Part shown: positions 1-13,015 of the stretch, one piece after another
Layout: every line of letters starts with the position of its first letter
Position numbering within the stretch: the first letter of the stretch is position 1
Assembly: GCF_006345805.1 (NCBI RefSeq)
Contig: NC_042998.1
Location: forward strand, 127,162,001-127,226,000
Source of the DNA: Octopus sinensis
Lineage: Eukaryota
Length of the DNA stretch: 64,000 nucleotides
Direction of reading: 5' to 3'
Translations under genes and position numbers: made by a program
The notes under the pieces: model-generated
Databases searched by the model: none
What the model saw: the letters and a program-made list of their open reading frames with translations, nothing else
Told to the model about the DNA's origin: nothing

Positions 1-200
1 CACCTGGCAGTGGGGCTAGGGGCTTCATTGAAAGAAAAATGACAACGTTATTCAAAAGAAGATTTGCGTATTCTAACTCGGAGCTGAGAAAACTAATATG
101 GAGAATACAAGAGGCGGTCGAAAAAGCCAACTTCTATATAAGGCTGAAGCGGGAAGACCAAAAATGGCTTGAAAGTCATAACATGCTGGCAGGAATATAA
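1..200 (+). pseudogene. C-terminal remnant of a restriction-like endonuclease (RLE) non-LTR retrotransposon ORF, HERO/NeSL-like, cut by window edge
   Basis: With one G restored near nt 14 the frame reads LAVGARGFIERKMTTLFKRRFAYSNSELRKLIWRIQEAVEKANFYIRLKREDQKWLESHNMLAGI* (stop 198-200). This resembles the VG(C/A)RGF...A...IW.KR C-terminus of R2-superclade RLE elements. Clade assignment is from recall. Confidence 0.55.
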
Positions 201-1520
201 CATCACTTGGTGAAACAGGCTGACACTGAAGTAGCTTCGCTGACTGACAGGTGACGGTCTCGTTTAGAGAATGCGTGGGCTAAGACTACGCGCCCTCTAT
301 TGGTCAATTAAAGTTGAGACAGTGTCACTTGACAACTTGCTGGGGCTGCCTGCTGGAGCCTATTAGCAGGTATTTAAAGGGAAATTTGACAAGACAGTCA
401 GTCGCCCGCTGACACTCATTGACGCTACACCGAAGAGGCCAGGGAACAGAAGAAAGAAGAAAGAAGACATGTACTCAACACCAGAGCTGAAGAGACCTCC
501 GAAAAGGGGGGCACGTCAAAACGGTAGAAGAGTAGGGTCCGAAACCGGACGTGGTTCCTCCTGATGATGTCTTGAGCTAACTGGATCCTATAAAGGAGCT
601 GTTGTGGTAGCAAGCCATGAAACATGGTTGAAATTCCTCTATAAGCAGTAGGTTTTTTTCTGCAGATACCTGTACACTACATGAAACTTTCAGTCCAAAT
701 CAACATGATGCTGTATAACAAAATTGAACATTTGAATCACAGAGTCTATCTCACGGGCTTCCGCCTAATTGCTCTCTTTCCTATTTCATTTATAATCTTA
801 GTTATGGTGAAAGGCTTATGTAGTAGATACCACACAATGAGATCGACCTCGAGACAACCCCTGATTGCAAGGCGAATTTCTGAAATATCTGGCTATGCTA
901 AATTCATACTAATCCCCCCACACACACACACCGGTTTATCGACAAGGTATATGAAAATTAGACATCGAGGGTGTTTTCATTCCAACTGCTAAAGACAGCC
1001 GACAGAATTTCCACAAACTAAATACCAAAATTTTTGGAAAGCTACGACATATTGACCAAGAGTTATAGTATTGTTATAGGAAGAACATGTTTGGTCCTCT
1101 GTTTTCTCAGTAACGATGGATATGGTTGTAAAATAAAACAAACATAAATACTCTGAAGATCTTACCAGATTTCTGGCGGCCCCTACGTATCTTGGGTCCA
1201 GAAAACGTATATGATGAGGTTTGCTGGGAATGTAGATATGAAAAATAACTTGAACTTATATCGCATATAGAGGTGGTAGAAAGCTTTCTAAAATCACTAT
1301 GAGAAATAACATTTAATACCTGTATACTTATACGTTAATTTATTGACTTTTAGACATATTTCGCTATCACTTAAAAAAAAAAGAAGCAGAAACCCCACAT
1401 GAACTAATAGGATTTGATGAGTGTTGTTTCAAATAATTAGATAATTATTTTGTTTTAAAAAAAGAAAATGTATACTTCACAAATTTAAACACATCTGACA
1501 GACACATACTGATGCTTATA

Positions 1521-1521
1521 T

Positions 1522-1594
<73 letters not shown>

Positions 1595-1634
1595 ACTACT
1601 ACTACTACTACTACTACCACTACTACTACTATTA

Positions 1635-1666
<32 letters not shown>

Positions 1667-1680
1667 ATTGTTGTTGCTAC
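1521..1680. repeat. Compound (TAC)n/(TGC)n trinucleotide microsatellite
   Basis: Directly visible; produces the spurious poly-Ser ORF 1445-1714. Confidence 0.95.
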
Positions 1681-2550
1681 AGTAACTAGTATTCACACAC
1701 CCACACACATGCATGAATATTCACTCACAGACAAAATCTCAACTACACATCCGTACGCTTATATGCAATTACACAATCGTAAACACACATATACACATAC
1801 ATAATACGCATGTATGTACATGTCTGTGTGTGTTTCTGTGTGTATATCTGTGTGTGTGTGAGTGTACACATATAAACACAGACATACGTACATAGAGAAA
1901 CATGCCAACACATGTATAAATGAACTCATTAACATCTTTATATAGACATGAAATCTAAAGTAATATTTTTAGAAGAGACATCAACAGGAGGATGTTTTGA
2001 CTTTCATGCCTTTCTCAGTTTGTATTAGAGATGTAAATGAAATGAATTGATTTCAGTCAAGTAAATGTAATTCGAGAATCAGTAGTAAGAAACGAATCCC
2101 CTTTACGTCATCACCAACCTACGCGTTTTTAATACTCAAATAGTAACATTAGTCAGGTAGCATTTCTCTGTATCTCATATAAGAAGCAAAAAGACTAAAC
2201 TTTCAAATTAGAACTAATCTTCATCTTACTATAAAAAGCAAAATGTTGGCGAAACATTGTTAAGGTTATTAAGATATTCTCAGGAAGGAATCATATACCA
2301 ATATATGTTGCCTAGTCGTTAATTTGTACCTATCTTGTTCATTGTAGTCGCGAGTAGACACAAGCATTATTTCTAGTCTCCACCTTTTGACCCTGCGCTG
2401 CATCAAGATTTGATAGTTGGGAGAAAAAGAGAACTGTTGGCAGCTATTCATTTTGAACCGAGTAAACTGGAACAACGTGACATGAAAAACCTTATTCGAG
2501 GATACAATTCCGGTTTAGGAATTGAACGCACGATAATATGATCGTGATAA

Positions 2551-2762
2551 GGCGGCGAGCTGGCAGAAACGTTAGCACGCCAGGCGAAATGCGTAGCCGT
2601 ATTTCGTCTGTCATTACGTTCCGAGTTCAAATTCCGCCGAGGTCGACTTTGCTTTTCATCCTTTCGGGGTCGATAAATTAAGTACCAGTTGCACACTGGG
2701 GTCGATGTAATCGACTTAATCCCTTTATTTGCACTCTCTGTGTTGTGGGTAGTAAAGAAATA
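2551..2762 (+). mobile_element. tRNA-derived SINE, monomer with tail A and 16-bp TSD
   Basis: A-box-like TGGCAGAAACG, B-box GAGTTCAAATTCC, central GCTTTTCATCCTTTCGGGGTCGATAAAT, ends GTAAAGAAATA. Perfect direct repeat GATAATATGATCGTGA at 2532-2547 and 2763-2778. Confidence 0.92.
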
Positions 2763-4304
2763 GATAATATGATCGTGAGCCAAATACCTTAACCGCCAGG
2801 ACACACGTCTTCAAAAGGAGTCCTGCAGCATGCAACCACCAGTGATGTATCGGCAAGTACTTGTTAGTTTAATTCCTCATATAAAAAGCTATCTGTATTG
2901 GAGCAGGTTGAGATGTATTTCACATCTTATAGAAATTGGAGGTTAGCATATGTTTCTCTAATTTGATACTGATCAGCTTCAACTTGACGTAAACTATGAG
3001 AACATGAGAACCACGTCCCCAGTTTCCAAAGACCGCACAATGTCAATTGTACCGATGGTTACAACCTTCTCCACTATAAAAACTTTAGTTTTCCGTCTCT
3101 ATACAAATAATTTGTAAGATTTGGATTCCGAGCGTTTCACAGAAAAAAAAAAGAAAAGAAAAATTCCTGACCATATAAGATATGTATGACAATTTAGTTT
3201 GGCGGGGCTTATCCCACCAGAAGCTGAGAAGCTGCAATGCAGTCACTCGATCTGCTTGTAATAGTATCCCAAATCCTTGAAATCGAACTGTACAGTCTTA
3301 CAATAGGATCGACGCATTAGGCGATGGAGTTTTAGCTATAAAAAACAGCATAAAAAAATGATGAGGAAGGTAATGACAGCAATACTTTTGAGAGTAATTA
3401 TCTGAATTTATACATTTTGAGATCGCTTTATAATGTTGTACTGAATAGTATTATAGTATCAAATCTTGTCCCAGTTGTTTCAGCATTCAAGTACTACTTT
3501 TCAGCAACTCTAACTCGATAATATCAGTATGATCAAAATATTGTGATCGATGCATTCGAGGATACTACGTTTTTAACACTTGTCATTGGGTCTAATTAAG
3601 AAATCTATATTTCTATATTTTTAATATCGCAGTGCATAATTTAATTGTCATTTCGATAAATTGATAAGTTAAATAAACATTGATGTATTGATAAATATAC
3701 TGTGTTTATCAATAGACTCTACAAAAAATATAATCTGCTTCGCTCTTGAGTATTGTTAAATTTGTGAAAATACATACACCTACTTAATCAAATGTAATTG
3801 GAAAAAATTGCAAAGAGGTTGAAACGATTGAGATTCGTCACCTTGCTGTTCGATCGTAACTCTATCGACTTTTTCAAGTAATTCCTGGAAAGGAGAGAGG
3901 GGGTGGAACAGAAAGTGCTTTTCTATTAATATACAAAGATGTGTAACAGTGGTGGAAAATGATTAGCCTGAACTGATCTAATCTGGGCACGCGCCTGTAA
4001 ATTGGGACAACAGTTATATGAAGGATTGTGCCCCAGTTGATCAGGATAACATTGGCCCTAGTTGGAAACTTTCTTGTAACAAAAGATCTGTTCCATTAGT
4101 GTATTCGTATATTTTCTGTTCTATGTATTCTGTTCGTCTCATTCCTTACCACCATCTTCTTTCTTACCTGATTTTATGTAATCGCTCTCTCAAATTTTAG
4201 ACTGCCGTTTTAGTGTCCCTCATATCTGACGCCCCTTTGGCAAATAAATTGTCACCACCATCATCAATATCATCATTATCAACACCGTAGCAGCATCGTT
4301 ATTT

Positions 4305-4515
4305 AAGCCAGCAATATGGCAGAATCGTTAGCATACCGGGCAAAATTTTTAACGGCATTTTCAAATGCCGCTGGGATCGACTTTGTCTTTCATCCTTTAG
4401 AGGTCGATAGAATAAGTACCAATTGTTCAATGTGATTAATTTAATCAACGTGAAGAACGTAATTAACTTATCCCTCCTCCTAAATCGCTGGCCTTGAGCC
4501 AAAAATTGAAATCAC
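4305..4515 (+). mobile_element. Degenerate copy of the same SINE (tail B)
   Basis: TGGCAGAATCGTTAGC head, CTTTCATCCTTTAGAGGTCGAT core, GCTGGCCTTGAGCCAAAAATTGAAA tail. Confidence 0.75.
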
Positions 4516-4689
4516 TATTGAGTGAGAGAGCAGAACACGCCATGAAATTGTCGATGGAGTACAAATATACGAAGCTCAATATAGCCATCATGACTACCCG
4601 TCTCATATGGTTACTCCAGCCACATGCATCAGAACAATATGTGCGCTACTTTGCGATCACGTAACAAGATAAACAGTGCATAATCTTGC

Positions 4690-5093
4690 CTTAGATGCCA
4701 AGATCCCTCCTATTGGGTTACAGCAAGTAATCTTGAATGCCAAGAACCCTCCTAAGTGTCCTAACAGTCCCTAATAACATTGCTTTCTGGTGCTGTACTA
4801 AACTTGGTTTTATTCCTATTCCATCTATACATCTGTTCAGATCTTTATTCCTATTCCCTCTATACATCTGTTCGGATCTATATCTATGACCCAGCATCGT
4901 TTGCTTTCTTTCTCCATTCACACTATGTCTCGTTTCCTATTCTCTATCTAATGGTCGCACTGAATCATAAAATCCCATAAGATCTTTGCATTATCATTTT
5001 CGATGATGCCTTCGGGTTTATGTTTGTACCACTTTTTTGCTCTGTCAATTCCATACTTGTTGCAAAGTGTCCACTAGATTATCCTTGCTATGA
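4690..5093 (-). pseudogene. R4/Dong-clade LINE 3' fragment (RLE region), internally deleted
   Basis: Minus strand encodes approx. HWTLCNKYGIDRAKKWYKHKPEGIIENDNAKILWDFMIQCDH*IENRKRDIV, then jumps to GIGIKPSLVQHQKAMLLGTVRTLRRVLGI. It has stops and a ~35-bp tandem duplication at the deletion. Confidence 0.8.
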
Positions 5094-5297
5094 TGTAAAA
5101 AAAATGTGAGGTCGAAAAACAGGTTTATACACTGCCCTCAAAATGTATGACCGTACACTTATCTTAGTAAAAATAAACGTCAGGAGTTCGATCAATTTGA
5201 GACAAATAAACTTGTCCATTCAGCTGAAAATCGCCATGCCAAAATTCATATTGTCTTTCTTCTATCCGTAACCCATGATATAAGTAACTTCAATATT

Positions 5298-5642
5298 AGG
5301 TTCAAATTTTGGCACAGATCCAGTAATTTCGGATAAAGGGTAAGTTGTTTACCTCGAAGTGCCGCTAAGCATTTTGCCGAGCGTGCAGACGATTCCGTCT
5401 GCTCGCCGCCTTAAGTAACTCCAATATTGATCTCAAATTTTTGTAGAAGGCCAGAAATTTCGACGGATGAGGTTAGGTCGATTACATCGACCGCAGTACT
5501 CAGGTGGTACTTATTTTATCGACACCGAAAGGATGAAGGGTAAAGACGACCTCCGCGGAATTTGAATTCAGAATATAAAGACGGACGAAATGCCGCTAAG
5601 TATTTTGTCCGGCATAGTAAAGATTCTGCCAGCTCTCCACCT
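5298..5642 (-). mobile_element. Two tandem SINE copies (5298-5411 internally deleted; 5429-5642)
   Basis: Reverse complements of the SINE head and core. Copies are bounded by three versions of TAAGTAA(C/T)T(C/T)CAATATT at 5281, 5412 and 5643. Confidence 0.8.
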
Positions 5643-6029
5643 TAAGTAATTCCAATATTAAAACTGATTCTGCTGACTATATAGCACATGTAAAAATATT
5701 TGCCTTGTGTCAACTCAGAAAACAAGACAAAAAACAGAGAAGAAACACAAACGCAAAAAAAAAATCACAAAATATTCTTGATGTTTCGTGTAATCTGAGT
5801 ATCTGTGTCTTCTTATTACTGGTGACATTATTATAGAAAAAGGTAGCTTCAAGCATTTATCTCTGAAGAAATTTGTGTAGTATTAAAAAAGATTGTTATT
5901 TTTTTCTGTACTACAAAAGAAAGATAAAAAAAGAACGGCAGCAGCAGCAGCAGCATTTCTTTAAATATAAAATCATTTTAACAATGATATTGCTGTCTTC
6001 TTAATATATTACATTTCAAATATCGTCGT

Positions 6030-6374
<345 letters not shown>

Positions 6375-6398
6375 ATTTTCACTATATATATATATCTC

Positions 6399-6780
6399 TC
6401 TATATATAAACGGCAGTTTGTCTGTGCGTGTTTCTGTGTGTCTGTTTTCTCGTACCCTCACTCTGACCACGGCTTTCAACCGATTCTGATGAAACTTGAC
6501 ACACACATAGCCCAATGTCATAATTCAAAACTAACGCAGCGAAAATCTTGAAAAGTTCCCCCAGTTCTGAAAAAAATCGATAAATTCGACATGGGGTCGA
6601 GAATCAAAAAAAATAAACCACAGACTGTCTAGGGGACGCAACTCAACCTTTTTTTACTCTCAAAAAAAAATTTACCATCATTTTTTTTCTATTTTTTTGC
6701 TATTTTTTGGCTATAACTCTCTAAAAATGCTTTATAGTTATTTCCCTTACAAACCTGAGCAACGCCGGGCGATACTGCTA

Positions 6781-6781
<1 letters not shown>
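6399..6781 (+). mobile_element. Non-autonomous Helitron-like element
   Basis: 5' TCTATATATAAACGGCAG followed by GTCTGTG-type repeats; internal AACCGATTCTGATGAAACTTG; 3' GC-rich hairpin CCTGAGCAACGCCGGG then CTAG (6778-6781) followed by T; no TSD; flanked by (TA)n. Confidence 0.75.
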
Positions 6782-6845
<64 letters not shown>

Positions 6846-7667
6846 TATACACATTCATAGACACATACATGATGCAAACACATATATCTATATGTACGAA
6901 TGTATGTGTCGCATCCATCTATTTTTCTTCTTTACCTGTCATGCTCACAATGCAAGAAGAACGCGGTAACTGTGCTGAGAGAAGCGGGAGCATGACAAGA
7001 CTGATCGAAAGAAAAGTCAGAGAGAAAGAAAGAGACAAAAAGAGAGAAAGGATGAGAGAGTGAGATTGAGTGACACAGATTTAGAGAAGGAAATGTTCTG
7101 CTGTCATCGACCAGCCAGGCTTAGAGCCCAAGCTATATATATTGAAAATGGAAAAACAAAAACATAATTCCTTGTAAGTATTCGAAGACAGACGGAAGGT
7201 ATTTCAGAGAAATGAAGAGATGAGGTGACGAATTTTCATTGACGAAAAGCAGTAATGGACCCCTACACACACACTCATATACATTCACAAATACATACAC
7301 ATACAAACATACAAACATACAAACACGTATAACGCATATATATATATGTATGCATAGAAGAAATAAAAAGGTGTAGAGGCAGTGTGAGTCGCTGTCAAAA
7401 TTGCAAGAAATCTGAAAGAACACAAAATATAAAACAAGAGAATGGAGCGTCTTGAAGCAAAACCATGAAGTGTTACCGATTCAGAGGAGAAATAACTTCG
7501 TCAATGGTGGCAGGTACCGACCTTGAGGCTGCGGTTTTAGACACAAGACGTCATTAAAGGGTTTCCTCTGGGCGAAGTTCCGTAGCTTAACAGAGTTTAA
7601 AGTGTGTGATAATGATAGTGTTCCCGTTTTTAAGCTGCTTCAAAGGCAAATTCTAATTTATATTTCT

Positions 7668-7740
<73 letters not shown>

Positions 7741-8743
7741 GTGTGTGTGAGGTTTACTGTTCTGTTAACGTAAGATTATATTTGTTGCTCACATCTACTG
7801 AGGAATAACTACCATTTAATGTTCACTTTATAAAGATATGAGCTACTAATAGCTTTTTGTTATGAAGACATGTGGCTGGGCTGGAGAACATCACCCTCGG
7901 CGGACTGAATAGTTGTCTTTTGACCTCTCTCCGTTGAATTGTTCTACAGGTTTAAGTTTGATTTCTATAGTCAAAAGGGATGTAACCCCAATTTTCTTGC
8001 TTTTTCAGTTTTTATCCATTCTTTTATTTTTTGCATCGTGGTTTTGCGGGCTTGATTTTGTCGGCTTGCAATCCCTTCAAAGACCCATCTTTCTGTCCAA
8101 GACATTCTCTTTTCCAATGTATCTGTTGTCGCTGAATTTAACGTGCTAGGCTTGTGTAAGAAGCCTGCAAAACTTTAAGTGGCACGGAGCCGAATGAAAC
8201 TATTTTAAATAATATAATACGTAACATTTACTAAATAAATGTACTGAGTGCCCTTTTTTTCGTTTCTCCACTCAGTGGTATACACACACACACACACACA
8301 CATATATGTATGTATGTATATATATATAAAACCATAACATCAATTAAATAACAAGTCACATCCAACACACACACACCATCAACTAGAACATCTCTTTTCA
8401 TACAGCAGCTCCGTACAAAAGTTATCCTCACTGTTACCACAGAACAGCAAAATATATAAAACAAGGTATTTGATGAATACAAACAACAACCAGCCTTCAC
8501 TTCGACATTCTTGCGTGGTACCAACCCATTACTCAATGCCAAAAATAAAAAAAGGAAAGGTTCCATGCATAGACAGTTAGTTTGCTGATATAGAACGATA
8601 TATTTTTCTCACGCCAGCGGAAATCCACCAAATCAACACTCACATGCATGCCGAGCTGAAAATAAAAATTTTACCATCACCAGTGCAGATCATAAAGACC
8701 GAAATAAAGGAGGTTCATATATATGTGTATGCGAGTATAAAGT

Positions 8744-9414
8744 AAGGTGGCGAGCTGGCAGAAACATTAACACCCCGGGTGAAATGTGTAGCCGTATTTC
8801 GTCTGCCGCTACGTTCTGAGCTCAAATTCCGCCGAGGTAGACTTTGCCTTTCATCCTTTCGAGGTCAATTAAATAAGTACCAGTTACGCACTGGGGTCGA
8901 TATAATCGGCTTAATCCGTTTATCTGTCCTTGTTTGTCCTCTCTGTGTTTAGCCCCTTGTGTGTAGTAAATAAATACATATTTCGTCTGCCGTTACGTTC
9001 TGAACTCAAATTCCGCCGAGGTCGACTTTGCCTTTCATCTTTTCGGAGTCGATAAATTAAGTACCAGTTGCGCACTGGGGTCGATGTAATCGACTTAATC
9101 CGTTTGTATGTCCTTGTTTGTCCCCTCTGTGTGTAGCTCCTTTTGGATAGTAAAGAAATAAGAAACGTTTGTCCCCTCTATGTTTAGCCCCTTGTGGGAA
9201 GTAAAGAAATAAGAAACGTTAGCAACCCGGGCAAATCTCTTAGCGGTATTTCGTTTGTCCTTACGGTCTAAGTTCAAATTCCGCCGAGGTCGACTTTGCC
9301 CTTATCCTTTCGGGGTCGATAAATTAAGTAACAGTTACGTACTGGGGTCGATCTAATCGACTGACCCTCTTCCCCAAAATTTGGGGCCTTGTGCCTAGAG
9401 TGGAAAAGAATATT
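8744..9414 (+). mobile_element. SINE multimer (full head unit, head-less unit, duplicated tail A, third unit with tail B)
   Basis: Three B-box/core copies in tandem; junctions near 8976, 9160 and 9211. Confidence 0.88.
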
Positions 9415-9424
9415 CACACATAAA

Positions 9425-9640
9425 GTTGGGCGTCGTGCTGACAGAATCATTAACATGCCGGGCAAAACACTTAGCAGTATTTCGTCCGTTTTCATGTTTT
9501 GAAATCAAATTCCGCCGAGGTTGATTTTCCCTTTACTCATTTCGAGGTCGATAAAATAAGTACAAGTTGATAATAGGGGTCGATGTAATCGACTTAACCC
9601 CCGAAATTGCTGGCCTTGTGACAAAATTTGAAAACATTAT
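9425..9640 (+). mobile_element. Older SINE copy (tail B variant)
   Basis: GCTGACAGAATCATTAAC head, AAATCAAATTCCGCCGAGG, tail GAAATTGCTGGCCTTGTGACAAAATTTGAAAAC. Confidence 0.8.
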
Positions 9641-10216
9641 TTATATATAAATGCATATACGCATACATGCACACATATTTACATGCTTACCACACGCACT
9701 CATTCTACGCATTTTGTATAATTCTAAGTTCCTTTACTAGAGATAATGTCAGAAAATTAACGTGCTGATGACGGTTACGGAGCCAGAAGTACACGCTTCC
9801 TTCTTTTACGATTTATCAACTTTGGAAAATTATTGAATCGGGAAATTACCTCTCCATCTGAAGTGGAGCTGGTCATAATTGTCAATTGGTAATAATAATA
9901 CATTCTCTGAAGATAGAGAAGTATATTTTTCAAAAAATCAAGAATGTATGTTGTGTGATATTGGATGTACCAGTAGTTTTCTATGTTGTTCAACTGCATG
10001 CTACTAGCCCCTCTGAGTTATTTCCCTTCGCTCATTTTTGTTTATACACTCATATGCACTTACGTGTGCGCTTATACACACACACACACGCACATACTAC
10101 ACACAAACATATACTACAACGAGCACGATATCGGCCACAACTAGCGCTAACACAATTGCCGCCGCCACCTCCACTATCACCGCTACTACAAATACTATGG
10201 CGACTAGCACTATTAC

Positions 10217-10218
<2 letters not shown>

Positions 10219-10282
<64 letters not shown>

Positions 10283-10283
10283 A
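10219..10283. repeat. (GA)n microsatellite
   Basis: Directly visible. Confidence 0.95.
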
Positions 10284-11639
10284 AGAGGGTCCTTAATTTC
10301 GCAAGTGGCAACCATCAGCCTTGAAGATGGCGGTCAGTTAAATTGAATGTCGTGAGATATGCAGCAGAGTTGCGCATTCAAAGACAAGGTGTGACTTGGT
10401 TGACATAACTCCCTTTAATTCTTACGATTTTGTGTTGATCAATGTCTTTTGACTTTGCTACGCGAAATCTAACTACACATTGAGCCGATTCAAAAACACT
10501 CGGAGAAATTCTAATTAAATCCAATTTTCCACCTGACTCCAAATGAAGCAAAAACTGTATCACGTTTTACAAATATATTTCAACTGTTTTCAACATTTTT
10601 ATCTATAAATGAAGAAATATGTATATAATTTTTCTTCGAATATTCTTATCTGTTTTCTAAGCTTATCTAAACTTATGTTGCTGAAACTTCTGAAGCATAG
10701 TTAAAAGAAATGAAATGTCTAAAGTAGTGTTATCAGTGAATTTAGACTAATTAATTGGTGAAATGAAATTTTAAATTAAATTATTTAAAAAAATAGTTCA
10801 TGAAGACAGCATGTGTCGTGTTGTAATTATTTTATGAATATAAGATAGAAGAGAATCCGGTTTTCTAAGAACGTTTCTGCCGTTTGCAAACCAAGAAGAA
10901 CCCAAGGAAAAAGTTACATTTACACACACATACACAACTACATACACATATACACACACGCACACACACATACACATATACATACTTCCATACATACACA
11001 TAGATGTATGTGCGTCCGCTTGAGTATGAATGCATACTTGCTTAGTTGCACAGTTTTCTCCTAGACTTTTGTACTCTCTTCTATCTGCTGAATCACCACA
11101 CTCTTTGGTTGGATGTTCCGTTAAGATTGCCGTTACATCGAGCGTAAGTGCATATGAGTGTATAAACAATTACACCACGTCTTAGACAGTCTACAACATG
11201 ACCCGGGGATTTTTAGAAATCTTAGCGTCGATCCATTGGTATATTGTTATTAGATGGACTTCTATTACAAGGTCCTTATTTCCTCAATTTCTTATTTTTT
11301 ATTACAACGGTCATGGTTACGTTATGTGACGAGCCTTTCTTATGCCCGGATCTTACGCCCGTAATAATAAATTCAGTATTAACTGTAAACATGGTAGTTT
11401 AACAACTTCTAGTCTGTATGAATTTTCATATTTTAAGGACCACTTTTCTAAGGTGTAATGGGAGAATAATGAACAGTCTCCCTCATATTAAATGGTGAAT
11501 GTTTGCTTGGGATATACAGCTGGCAACGTGCCTAGCTAAGATAAGATAAGTCTTTTCTTTTAAGAAAAGATAAGTCTTTTCTTTTAAGCATTATATCTCC
11601 CTTCGTAGTAAACTATAAATATTGGTTTTATATTTTATC

Positions 11640-11750
11640 GATACAGGCTATATGAAAAGCAAAGTCGACATTGGGGGAATTTGAACACAGTATGTAGAGA
11701 TAAATGAAATGCTGCTAAGCATTTTAGCCGACGTGCTAACGTTTCTGCAA
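11640..11750 (-). mobile_element. SINE 5' fragment
   Basis: Reverse complement of GCAGAAACGTTAGCACGTCGG...GTGTTCAAATTCCCCCAATGTCGACTTTGCTTTTCAT. Confidence 0.7.
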
Positions 11751-11777
11751 ACACAGTTTTTAGTAAGCTATAAATAT

Positions 11778-12177
11778 TCTTTTCTACTCTTGATACAAGT
11801 CTCGAAAGTATTGGGTAGTGGGTCAGCCGATTAGATCAACCCCAGTACGCAACTGGTACTTAATATATCGACCCCGAAATGATGAAAGGCAAAGTCGACC
11901 TCGGCGGAATTTGAACTCAGAACGTAAAGACAAACGAAATACCTGTTTCTTTATTACCCACAAGGGGCTAAACATAGAGGGGACAAACAAGGACAGACAA
12001 ACGGATTAAGCCGATTATATCGACCCCAGTGCGCAACTGGTTCTTAATTTATCGACCCCGAAAGGATGAAAGGCAAAATCGACCTCGGCGGAATTTGAAC
12101 TCAGAACGTAACGGCAGACGAAATACGGCTACGCCTTTCTCCCGGCGTGCTAACGTTTCTGCCAGCTCGCTGCCTTA
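11778..12177 (-). mobile_element. SINE dimer (tail A unit + tail B unit) with 14-bp TSD
   Basis: TAAGCTATAAATAT at 11764-11777 and 12178-12191; internal junction AAAGAAACA|GGTATTTCG on the minus strand at ~11943. Confidence 0.9.
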
Positions 12178-12280
12178 TAAGCTATAAATATAATAATTTC
12201 AATGTATGACAGTGGTGTAGTTCGCGCGTCAGGTTAGATGTTTGATTTGCATTTTCTTTTCAATATTTGTTCCAACTTGG

Positions 12281-12500
12281 AGGCGGTGGGCTGGCGGAAT
12301 CGTTTGCACACCGGGCAAAATGCTTAGCGCATTTAGTCTGCCTTTCGGTTTTGAGTTCAAATTCCGCTGTGATTAACTTTGCTTTTCATCCTTCGGGGTT
12401 CTATGTCGATAAAATAAGTACCGCTTGAACACTGGGGTCGATGCAATCGACTTATCCCCTTCACCCGAAATTGCTGGCCTTGTGCCAAAATTTGAAACCA
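12281..12500 (+). mobile_element. SINE monomer (tail B), followed by a degenerate second core to ~12620
   Basis: GGCGGTGGGCTGGCGGAATCG head, GAGTTCAAATTCCG B box, GCTGGCCTTGTGCCAAAATTTGAAACC tail. Confidence 0.85.
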
Positions 12501-13015
12501 ATGTTTTTTCCAACGTACTGCCGTTTGATTTCACATCTCACTGACGTTACTTTTGACTTTCATTCTTGTGGGGGCGATAAACAAGTACCATTCAAGTTTT
12601 GGGTCGATGATATCAACCAATGCCATCCCAAGTATTTCAGGTCGTATATTGGAAATAATTGTTTTTATTGAGTTATTCGCTCTGAGCTTTTCTTAGTTTC
12701 CATTTGTTGACTTGCCCTTCATTTTGAACAGCGAACATGCACAGTTCTCCATGTAGACGCCATATTTATTCCCACCACTCTCGCTTACATTCTCTTTCTC
12801 CCTCTTTTTCTCTCTCTCTCTTTTTCTCTGCGTTTCTTTGTCACTTTCTTTCTACCTTTCGCGCTCACCGATTGTTTAGTTAGTCTCCTGGAGAACAGCA
12901 CATAACACGATTACACACACACACACACACGCGCGCACACATACGCACACGCGCGCACACACGCACATACACACACACAAATAGCTATTCTTTTTTTCTT
13001 TCTTATATTATTCCT

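Noticed and set aside
7950-8170. Minus-strand open frame (HKPSTLNS...LGLHPF*) after a TTTGCAG acceptor
   Set aside because: No recognisable homology and no supporting neighbouring exon.
8744-9414. Hammerhead inside the SINE (retrozyme model)
   Set aside because: No CUGANGA/GAAA core with stems found on either strand of the unit.
10324-10333. YY1-like AAGATGGCGG; also an NRF1-like GTGCGCATGCAC near 36560
   Set aside because: Isolated short motifs without other promoter evidence.
11171-11458. Possible MITE with TTACACC/GGTGTAA ends
   Set aside because: Only a 7-bp perfect match plus a gapped extension; no TSD seen.
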